From the NCBI GenBank assembly GCA_964549075.1, contig CAZJUB010000008.1, forward strand, positions 1-22,976: a stretch of 22,976 bases of DNA. Direction: 5' to 3'. Of this stretch, positions 9,331 through 16,898 are shown in pieces. Each line of letters opens with the position of its first letter. Positions within the stretch are counted from its first letter, which is position 1. The position numbers were made by a program, and so were the translations under genes. This DNA is from an uncultured archaeon (GTDB lineage Archaea; Asgardarchaeota; Heimdallarchaeia; Heimdallarchaeales; Heimdallarchaeaceae). Under the pieces are notes generated by a model. The model was not told where the DNA came from. It searched no databases and was given only the letters and a program-made list of their open reading frames with translations.

Positions 9331-9369
9331 AGAGTTTAACTCTTTACTTTTTTTCTTTTTATTTTTCTT
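9328..9369 (+). terminator. Hairpin plus T-tract terminator
   Basis: TAAAGAGT-TTA-ACTCTTTA perfect 8-bp stem overlapping the stop codon, then CTTTTTTTCTTTTTATTTTTCTT. Confidence 0.65.
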
Positions 9370-9391
9370 AGAAGAGGGAAGAGTCTATATT

Positions 9392-12300
9392 TTAATCAAA
9401 CAATCTTAAAACTGTTTTACAATATGGACATCTTTCATAATTCTTTATCCAAGTAACTAAATGATCAAAGTGGAACAAATGCTCACAAACAGGACATTCA
9501 ATTGCATTCTCATATACAGGTTGAAAACACACCATACATTTCAATGAATCTTCTTCAGATTCTGTGATTTTCTTTCCTGTTACTAGTACTTTTTTCATCA
9601 CTTTCGCTATCTTTGAAATATTCTCAGCTACAACTGTAATCTCTTTTAACCTAGGTTTTGTTTCTATTGTTTCTTGAGATATAACTACTGCACTTTTTTG
9701 CAAATAGTCAATATATTCTCCTAGTACTTTCTTATCAATTTGAGGATCACCAATTACAACTAATTTCTTTTTAGCTCTGGTAATTGCAACATTCAATCTT
9801 CTCGGATCAGAGAAACCTCTACTACCTTCAGAGATATTTTCAGTTAATGAAAGAAGAATAAATTCCCGATCACTTCCTTGAAATCGATCTACTGTATCAA
9901 CAACTGTCTTTGGTGGCAATGAACGTCGTAGTTCCCCTACTTGACCTCTATAAGGGCAAATAACGCCTATTTGATCTGATTTCAATCCTAATTCCATAAA
10001 TTTTTTTATTATTTCACTTGCAGTCTTAGCTTCTGCTAAATTTATTTTATTTTCAGGATTGAAAATACCACTAATTGGAATATAAACGAGAGGAGTTTTT
10101 GGATCATAAATTTTAGAGTGTTTAAAATTAACATATTCACCAGTGAAGTTTGCTAACTCTGTTAAATTCTGAAAACGGACCAAATCATCAAAGGATTCAA
10201 GTTTATTCTTATAAAAAACCTGATTTGAGAACTCCATTAGTTTCTCGTTCATCCTGAATTGATGAGTAAGAAGATGAATTGAATCTGGCGAATTATCAGC
10301 TAATCTTTCAAATAATGAAACACCCATACCTTCTTTTTGAGCTTTAGGACTTTGAACTACTGGAGGGAGTTGTTTATGATCTCCAACGAGGATAAATCTA
10401 TTCCCTTCAAGTAAAGCAGACAAAACAGTAGGTTCAGTCATTTGGCTAGCTTCGTCTACTATAATTGTTCGAACTCCTAATCGTTCATAAACAGGATTAG
10501 AAATAGTAGAGGTTGTAGCAACAATTATCGAAAAACCAGTTATTATTTCCTTTGCTGATTTCTCTGGATTTTGTTTTTTATATTCAGGTAAGGTATAATC
10601 TTTTAATTCAGGTTGAATAGCATGTGGAGAACCCAATCTTATGAATTGTTTAAATTGATTATCAAGAAGATATTTGCACATGTTGTCTACTGCTCTATTT
10701 GTAAAAGCAGTAAGTAACACTTTATCCCCTTTTTTAGCTAATTCAATAGCTGCTTTTGCTATTACATAGGTTTTACCTGTTCCAGCGGGACCTTGAATTA
10801 AACAATAATTTTCTGTACCTAAAATTTTACTAACTGCTTCATTTTGGACGGGATTTGTGAGAATATATTTTCCTTCTACAGGTTTTATAATCGATTTCTC
10901 CCCTTTTACAACTAATTCTCTAAAAGTATTTTTTCTGAAGATGATATTATAAAGCCCTCTTTGTTGACGTCTAAAGCCAACATCAATTGAATATAGATCT
11001 ATAACAGAAACGGAGCCTTGAATGGATCTAGTTTCGACTTCTACAGAGGTTTCAGAAATATTAGAGATTACTCCCGTACTGACAAAACCTTGAACAAGTT
11101 GTCCATCACTTAGGATAACAATGTCTCCCTCTCGTATTTCACTATTATTCTCACAAGAGAAAAGTAATCTGGTTTTAATACCGTCACTGATTTCATTCTC
11201 AAGTTTTAAATTTTTGATAGCTTTTCCTTTTGAAACCCTCTGATCTACGGAAAGTTTCCATAAGTCGGTAAGATTTTGCGATGATTCAGACTTCTCTGAA
11301 TAAATCCAATTTGAGAATTTACGAAAATATTCTTGATGTTCGTTGGGAAGAGCTTTCTTGCTGCATAAGGTTTCATGAGGACATGTTGAACATCTTCGTT
11401 CTTGATACAATCCAGCACATAATGCAGCACAGAAGAATTTGACTGAACATTTTTCACATTTCTTTATTTGAGATTCAGGAAGAATTGGTGGTACATAACC
11501 TAGATTAGATATACGATAAGCTATATTCCTTTTTTCCATCCCAAATCGTAAAAGTCCCCAACTTGGACTTGCTGTTTTTAAAATAACTTCATTTGTACCA
11601 ACATAAATAACAGTTCCATCTTGTTGTTGAGTATTATCGATTTTAGATTGGATGCCATAATTATACAATGAAACTTGAAGTAAATCAGAAAAGCGTATCT
11701 CTTTCTCTTCAGAAACTTTTGCTGTTTTCAACTCGTAAATTGTGTTCTCATCAAAAAGATCGATCCTACCACGTATTCCGAAATAAGGAGAAAGAAATAG
11801 CATCTCAGGTAAAGTATCAGAACCCAAGGTAGAAACAAAAGAATCTAGACTCTCAGTCATCTTCCTAACATCTTGATAGACTGTTTCTTTGTTATATCCA
11901 TGATATTCGTATTGCAACGAGAATGAATCTAATACTTGAGGTAAAACATCCGAAGGTTTAGATTTGGTTGCAACCGCTAATCCTAAACTGTCATGAACGA
12001 TAGAACCTCTAATCGCTATGTAAGGAGAGGGAGTTTCTCCAATGATTTCGTTGAGATAATAACTTCGAGGACAATAAGAAACACTATTTATTGACGTCGC
12101 ATTTAGTAAGACATCTGGATCGACAACGACAATAGACTGTTTTCCAGCTGAAAAATATGTTGAATCATCCTCAGTTATTTTATCTACATTAAAGATTTTC
12201 AAAGGAGTAAAAGCAGGTAGATAGTCAACAATATCATTCCAAGGAGACCATAAATTAACGATAAAATGAGTTTTATTTACATCGACAAGAATTGTCGAAA

Positions 12301-12397
12301 GAGGATTATCTCCGTCTTTTGATGAAACGAATTTGAGAAAAACACAATCTAGATTCTGCATGGTCAATAGATTATCTGGAAAATGATAAATAAACAT
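9392..12397 (-). CDS. Dna2-like nuclease-helicase (Cas4/PD-(D/E)xK Fe-S nuclease plus UPF1-like SF1 helicase) with C-terminal RING finger
   Basis: Nuclease: LNATSINSVSYCPR, RGSIVHD, GIRGRIDL, YELKT, QVSLY, CEKC-x5-C. Helicase: QGPAGTGKT, TAFTNRAVDN, DEASQ, VGDHKQLPP, QFRMN, CPYRGQ, TVDRFQGSD, RLNVAITRAK. RING: CMVC...CPVCEHLFHFDHLVTW...CPYC. Start may be ATG 12361. Confidence 0.88.
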   Translation of the reverse strand: MFIYHFPDNLLTMQNLDCVFLKFVSSKDGDNPLSTILVDVNKTHFIVNLWSPWNDIVDYLPAFTPLKIFNVDKITEDDSTYFSAGKQSIVVVDPDVLLNATSINSVSYCPRSYYLNEIIGETPSPYIAIRGSIVHDSLGLAVATKSKPSDVLPQVLDSFSLQYEYHGYNKETVYQDVRKMTESLDSFVSTLGSDTLPEMLFLSPYFGIRGRIDLFDENTIYELKTAKVSEEKEIRFSDLLQVSLYNYGIQSKIDNTQQQDGTVIYVGTNEVILKTASPSWGLLRFGMEKRNIAYRISNLGYVPPILPESQIKKCEKCSVKFFCAALCAGLYQERRCSTCPHETLCSKKALPNEHQEYFRKFSNWIYSEKSESSQNLTDLWKLSVDQRVSKGKAIKNLKLENEISDGIKTRLLFSCENNSEIREGDIVILSDGQLVQGFVSTGVISNISETSVEVETRSIQGSVSVIDLYSIDVGFRRQQRGLYNIIFRKNTFRELVVKGEKSIIKPVEGKYILTNPVQNEAVSKILGTENYCLIQGPAGTGKTYVIAKAAIELAKKGDKVLLTAFTNRAVDNMCKYLLDNQFKQFIRLGSPHAIQPELKDYTLPEYKKQNPEKSAKEIITGFSIIVATTSTISNPVYERLGVRTIIVDEASQMTEPTVLSALLEGNRFILVGDHKQLPPVVQSPKAQKEGMGVSLFERLADNSPDSIHLLTHQFRMNEKLMEFSNQVFYKNKLESFDDLVRFQNLTELANFTGEYVNFKHSKIYDPKTPLVYIPISGIFNPENKINLAEAKTASEIIKKFMELGLKSDQIGVICPYRGQVGELRRSLPPKTVVDTVDRFQGSDREFILLSLTENISEGSRGFSDPRRLNVAITRAKKKLVVIGDPQIDKKVLGEYIDYLQKSAVVISQETIETKPRLKEITVVAENISKIAKVMKKVLVTGKKITESEEDSLKCMVCFQPVYENAIECPVCEHLFHFDHLVTWIKNYERCPYCKTVLRLFD

Positions 12398-12483
12398 GTG
12401 GGTAAAATATAGCCATCTTAAAGATTAAATCTAAAAAAATGAAAAAATGAAGTTTTTCTTTTTTCTTTTAGATAAGGAAATAA

Positions 12484-12558
12484 TGGAGCTAACATCTACT
12501 ATAGTGGTAGTAACGAGAAAATCTCTAGTAATGAGAGAGATTGCTATTGTTAGCTCCA
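12484..12558. ncRNA. Candidate structured small RNA or MITE-like element (75 nt, 11-bp terminal inverted repeat)
   Basis: TGGAGCTAACA (12484-12494) / TGTTAGCTCCA (12548-12558) enclose two internal hairpins, CTACTA-tag-TGGTAG and AATCTCT-n9-AGAGATT. Confidence 0.4.
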
Positions 12559-12620
12559 ATAATATAAATGGTTTTGACTTTTAAAACTACAAAAAAATAA
12601 TTAGAAAAAGAGATGTTGTC

Positions 12621-12794
12621 CTATTCAAAATCTATACATTCGTTAGGACATTCATCTATACAAAGACCACAATCTGTACAATCTTCTTTTCTTGTTGTTA
12701 CTGCTACATCTTCTAGGTCATATACATTTTCTGGACAGATATCAATGCATGCACCACAAGCAATACAACAATCAGCATCTACTACTGTTGGCAT
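12621..12794 (-). CDS. fdx: 2[4Fe-4S] ferredoxin (57 aa)
   Basis: Not in ORF track. MPTVVDADCCIACGACIDICPENVYDLEDVAVTTRKEDCTDCGLCIDECPNECIDFE* has two CxxCxxCxxxCP motifs; SD AGGTGA upstream; T-tracts downstream on the minus strand. Confidence 0.95.
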   Translation of the reverse strand: MPTVVDADCCIACGACIDICPENVYDLEDVAVTTRKEDCTDCGLCIDECPNECIDFE

Positions 12795-12914
12795 TCTGTT
12801 AATTCACCTAGGTATTTGATTTTTCTTTTTTTACTTCTCCTTTTAAACTCTTCTCTCCCTACCTACTCTATCTTCTATAGCTAATATAAGTGCCAAAAAT
12901 TTCAGTTTTTATGA

Positions 12915-13577
12915 ATGAAAAATAGAGTCTATGCCTCTTTTTATTGCTCTCTACTTTTATTCCAATTATTCTTTTCTTCATTCGTTTTCTCTGATGTACC
13001 AATTGTTTATTCTAAAATATCTAAAATCAGTTAGCCATTTGAGTTAATTTCTGATCCTGAAGATTCTTTCTCTATCTTTTGTTCTGAAATGACCTTCCAA
13101 CTTATAAATCCATCTCTTGAAAATGTAACTGCTACCAACAGTAATTCAAGAATCTTTTTCCTCAATATATCTGCAGAACTACTAAAAGAGAACATTAGTG
13201 TCAGTATTGACACAACAGGATATGGCATTGTCACATCTATGGATATTGTTTCAGGAACAATTAACATTACAGAAGCAACATGTATTTTTTTCCACAAATC
13301 GAATCTTTCTGGTTTTCCATTAGGAAATTATTCACTTTCTTATCCATTACTTAGAAATGGTAATTTCATCTTCCACCCTTACAAACTATATATGGAGGTT
13401 ACAAATGATTACGTCCACATATTTCAAGAAGATCAAAGTTTTGATATTACTATTTATAACGATACTGGAGTCTCTGAAACTTCGGATTTGTTCGCGACTC
13501 TCCCTTTTTCATTATTTTTAGATTTTATACTACTAGCTACACTTAGTTTCCTCAATAAGAAAAAAAGAAAAAGATGA
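12915..13577 (+). pseudogene. Secreted, C-terminally anchored surface protein gene interrupted by an in-frame TAG at 13032-13034
   Basis: ATG 12915 gives MKNRVYASFYCSLLLFQLFFSSFVFSDVPIVYSKISKIS*PFELISDPEDSFSIFCSE, in frame with track ORF 13089..13577, which has several N-x-S/T sequons and ends in a hydrophobic helix plus KKKRKR. Confidence 0.6.
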
Positions 13578-13594
13578 TAAATAATTTTTTCAAA

Positions 13595-15838
13595 TTATTT
13601 TACTTGTGTTGACCTTCCTCTTGCAAAATCAGCTATGACTATATAAGAGACTAATTTTGCAAATTCTGTTGAACTACTTAATATTCCCACCACTTGTTGT
13701 GTTGCTTCATCAGTTGCTGCTATAAGAACCTCTTCATTTTCTCTTTCTACACCAATAAATTGTGGTAATTCAACTCCTGTTCCCACATCTCTGAACTTTC
13801 TTACTTCTACATTTGCCTCAGCTGCATAAGCTGAATCTATCCAATCTCGGTTTATCTGTTCATCTAGATTTGTCACGATGGTAACTCTCACTGTTGAAGG
13901 TAAGGATTTCACTGCATCTAGTGGAACATATTGAGGTTTTGGAGACATAATAGTTACACTTCGTTTTGCATCTCTTACTATTCGATCAATATGGCTTATT
14001 GTTGCATCAAGCCCTATAATAGAAGTTGTTTCCACCTTCGGAACTGGTGATTCTTTTGTTGTTGCTTCTAAAGTTCTGAAATCGTTTTTGAGTTTCATTG
14101 TTAGAGTTGATAAAGAATTAGCAGTATCATTATATTTTCCACCTGTTTCTTCTAAGAAACTTGTTGCTGCATTCACTTCCTCATTTATCTCTCCAGAGAC
14201 GAGTTCTTTACTTTCACTAATTTGCTTTTTGGAGGAGTTAACTAAATCATTTGTCACTTGCAAAGATGATTCAAGTGTTTGATTGAGATAGTTACTTAAA
14301 TCAGAAGCAATTGTAGCAGTTGTTGCTCCTATCATGTTGATTGATTCTTGGTATTTCTCGTTTATCTTTGCCTCATTCTCTTGTGTTAATGTTTCAATTT
14401 GATTCGACAAATTCGACCATTTTTCTTTCAACCCATCTGTCTCGGATCCTAATGTTTGTCGTATATTATCATTAAGCTGCTCAGAGACTTCTCTGAATAG
14501 TTGAATATGCTCATTCATACTATCAAAAATAGAAGTTGTGATTCCATTGAATTGGTCTGTTAAAGATTTTTTGAATGAACTCAATCTCATTCTTGCTGTT
14601 TCTTGGATTTCAGCTATCTTTTCATTATAATTCTTTATTGTTTCATCATAATGTGTTTCGAGTTTCTGAGCAAACATGTCGCGTTCGCTTACTAGATTAT
14701 TTCTTTGGGTTTGTTCACTATTTTGCAAATTTGTAAATTTCAGGTTCATATCTCCCTTAATTTGAGAGATAGTTCCAGAAATAGCCTGATTTCTTTGTTG
14801 TTCAAATTCTTCTGATAAATTCGTCTTGATTTCTGATACTTTCTCATTCAAAGAGTTGATTGCCTCTTGAACTTGAAGAGAGAGTTCTTCTACCTTTCTA
14901 TTCAGAATCATTTCTAGAGAAGTATTTAATTCTCCGAGAGAACCCGTTACAGTCTCAGTTAAACCATCTATTGTTGCTTCTGCGCTTCTAACGGTCCCAG
15001 TCGAAAAGCTGACATATTTTTCTGTTTGGTCTCTATTAAAAGTTCTAACATCTAATTTTGTTGTATCAATATTTTGTTTAATAACTTCTGTAATTTCATT
15101 AAGATGATTCAAGTAATTTTCTTCAAGCATATCAATTTTTGGAGTTAAGGTTTGAGAGATCTCATTGATCTTTTCTTTGTGTTGTCTAGTATTTTGATCA
15201 ACATTTGATATGGAAGATATTATAGCTTCAGAATTTGAAGATATGATGCTTTCTAAACTTGTATCAACGGACATTTTTGCAGCAGACAAAATATCTAGAT
15301 TGTCATGTGAGACTTCGTTAATAGAGTCTCCAATGAATTGTTTTTGCTCCTTTTGTATATCTGAGAGTTTTTCTTTTATTATGTTGGACTTGCTTTCTAG
15401 ATTTTCTCTTCTTTGATTAGTAAGAGTTTGAAGATTAGCTGAAATGCTGGAGTACTGTTGGTCTAGCTCTTCTTCCTTTTGCACTAATGAAGAATTGAGC
15501 CGATTTAAAATGGTAGTCCTTAACTGATTGAATTCAGCCTTTTTATTTTGAACAAATGAATTAGTACCATCTAAATTCTCTTTGATACTAGTATTGATTT
15601 GGTCACTTGTTTCAGCGAGATATTCTAAAGGAATTCTAACAAAATATTTTCTCACATAACCCTCTGAAACACCTACAGCACCTTTAGCAGCAAGTGAATT
15701 CAGAGCACCTTCTACTTTGGAAAAATGAAGCTTACCATGTTCAGCAATTTCAAATGCTGTTAGCTGTCCTGTTCCTAGAAGTAATGAATAAACTTGTTTT
15801 TCCTCTGGACTTAATTGTAATCTTTCTATAAATGACAT
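13595..15838 (-). CDS. TrmB-like protein: N-terminal wHTH, very long coiled coil, C-terminal TrmB effector/PLD-like domain
   Basis: LQLSPEEKQVYSLLLGTGQLTAFEIAE...KVEGALNSLAAKGAV...RKYFVRIP (TrmB HTH); about 530 aa of Pro-poor, E/Q/N/K/S/L-rich helical sequence; IIGLDATISHIDRIVRDAKRSVTIMSP...VRVTIVT...ERENEEVLIA. ATG 15838 with AGGTGT upstream preferred over TTG 15859. Confidence 0.75.
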   Translation of the reverse strand: MSFIERLQLSPEEKQVYSLLLGTGQLTAFEIAEHGKLHFSKVEGALNSLAAKGAVGVSEGYVRKYFVRIPLEYLAETSDQINTSIKENLDGTNSFVQNKKAEFNQLRTTILNRLNSSLVQKEEELDQQYSSISANLQTLTNQRRENLESKSNIIKEKLSDIQKEQKQFIGDSINEVSHDNLDILSAAKMSVDTSLESIISSNSEAIISSISNVDQNTRQHKEKINEISQTLTPKIDMLEENYLNHLNEITEVIKQNIDTTKLDVRTFNRDQTEKYVSFSTGTVRSAEATIDGLTETVTGSLGELNTSLEMILNRKVEELSLQVQEAINSLNEKVSEIKTNLSEEFEQQRNQAISGTISQIKGDMNLKFTNLQNSEQTQRNNLVSERDMFAQKLETHYDETIKNYNEKIAEIQETARMRLSSFKKSLTDQFNGITTSIFDSMNEHIQLFREVSEQLNDNIRQTLGSETDGLKEKWSNLSNQIETLTQENEAKINEKYQESINMIGATTATIASDLSNYLNQTLESSLQVTNDLVNSSKKQISESKELVSGEINEEVNAATSFLEETGGKYNDTANSLSTLTMKLKNDFRTLEATTKESPVPKVETTSIIGLDATISHIDRIVRDAKRSVTIMSPKPQYVPLDAVKSLPSTVRVTIVTNLDEQINRDWIDSAYAAEANVEVRKFRDVGTGVELPQFIGVERENEEVLIAATDEATQQVVGILSSSTEFAKLVSYIVIADFARGRSTQVK

Positions 15839-15966
15839 AATTACACCTTGATTCTTCAAAGTTCAATGTCTCAATCCGAAATATTAAGCTTTCTTCTAGT
15901 GCAATTTAGCATGATCATATCAATAAAATTTTTAACAATCTCTTCCTTGTACTTTTTGTGATATAG

Positions 15967-16578
15967 ATGGAAGATTATGAGATAGTCTCTTGGGATCAAA
16001 GCTACCAAATGACATTTTATTTATTTGAGAAAATAACTAAAGATAAATTCTTTCCTGATGTAATAGTTGGCATTGCAAGAGGGGGTTGGATTCCCGCGAG
16101 ATTACTAGCAGATTTTTATGGAAACAGAAGAACTGCCAATATCAAAATTGAATTTTATGATAATACATCTAGAGCTTCTGAAAATCCGATAATCACTCAA
16201 GAAATTTCTGAGGGAGTAGAAGGAAAAGCTGTGTTAATAGTTGATGATGTTGCAGACACTGGAAAAAGTCTTCTTGCAGCTGTCGAACATATTAAAGAAA
16301 TGGGTGCAAAAAAAATCAAAACAGCAACATTATATTATAAAAAACACAGTGCTATTAAACCAGATTACTATATTAAAGAAACTGAATCATGGATAGTCTA
16401 TCCATGGGAATATGGTGAATTTGCTGCATTTCAGTTTAAAACTAATAGCAATAAAATGTCCTGCGAAGAAATAAAAAAGAAACTAAAAGACATAGGAATA
16501 CCTCCATCACTAGTTGATACCTATTTCTCTTTGGTTTTATCAGATAAAAAATTAAAAGAGATGACTAACAGTGAATAA
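15967..16578 (+). CDS. Type I purine phosphoribosyltransferase (Gpt/HPRT-like)
   Basis: PDVIVGIARGGWIPARLLAD, PRPP loop VLIVDDVADTGKSL, KPDYY, WIVYPWE. Confidence 0.9.
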   Translation: MEDYEIVSWDQSYQMTFYLFEKITKDKFFPDVIVGIARGGWIPARLLADFYGNRRTANIKIEFYDNTSRASENPIITQEISEGVEGKAVLIVDDVADTGKSLLAAVEHIKEMGAKKIKTATLYYKKHSAIKPDYYIKETESWIVYPWEYGEFAAFQFKTNSNKMSCEEIKKKLKDIGIPPSLVDTYFSLVLSDKKLKEMTNSE

Positions 16579-16894
16579 TAAAAACACAAGTAATGATGAT
16601 ATTGAGTTACCTAATGATGTAATTGATAGAGTTAATGTAGGTGTGGTTGCAGTGTCTCTAAGTTTGTATGAAGAAGGAATGAGCTTAGATGAGTTAATAG
16701 AGGTTACTGGAATTAGAAAGAAAGATGTACTAAAGAGTCTAGAATTTCTTATTCAAAATAGAATGGTAAGAAAAAAGGCTGGTTCTAATGGGTATGTAGT
16801 TTCAAATTTTAAGAAGATGTTACAATTTCTCCTCTCTTCTGGACTTATGTTTCCACTCGGAGAACAGATATCAAGAACAAAAGAAGACAAGTAA
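16571..16894 (+). CDS. Small winged-helix DNA-binding protein
   Basis: GMSLDELIEVTGIRKKDVLKSLEFLIQNRMVRK...GYVV wHTH pattern; GTG start overlaps the PRTase end by 8 nt. Confidence 0.7.
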   Translation: MNNKNTSNDDIELPNDVIDRVNVGVVAVSLSLYEEGMSLDELIEVTGIRKKDVLKSLEFLIQNRMVRKKAGSNGYVVSNFKKMLQFLLSSGLMFPLGEQISRTKEDK

Positions 16895-16898
16895 AAAG

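Noticed and set aside
11363-12100. CRISPR-Cas locus suggested by the Cas4-like domain
   Set aside because: No cas1/cas2, effector genes or repeat-spacer array in the window; the domain is part of a Dna2-like fusion.
12484-12558. tRNA or SECIS interpretation of the hairpin element
   Set aside because: No TTCRA T-loop or correct cloverleaf spacing; neighbouring genes contain no in-frame TGA needing selenocysteine.
12483-12584. 33-codon plus-strand ORF MELTSTIVVVTRKSLVMREIAIVSSNNINGFDF over the structured element
   Set aside because: Short with no recognisable motif; the inverted-repeat structure explains the region better, although AAGGA lies upstream and a peptide cannot be fully excluded.
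12613-12819. 68-aa plus-strand ORF in the track
   Set aside because: Antisense shadow of the ferredoxin gene.
13595-15859. SMC/Rad50 or chemoreceptor call
   Set aside because: No Walker A/B, ABC signature, hinge/zinc hook or MCP hairpin-tip motif.
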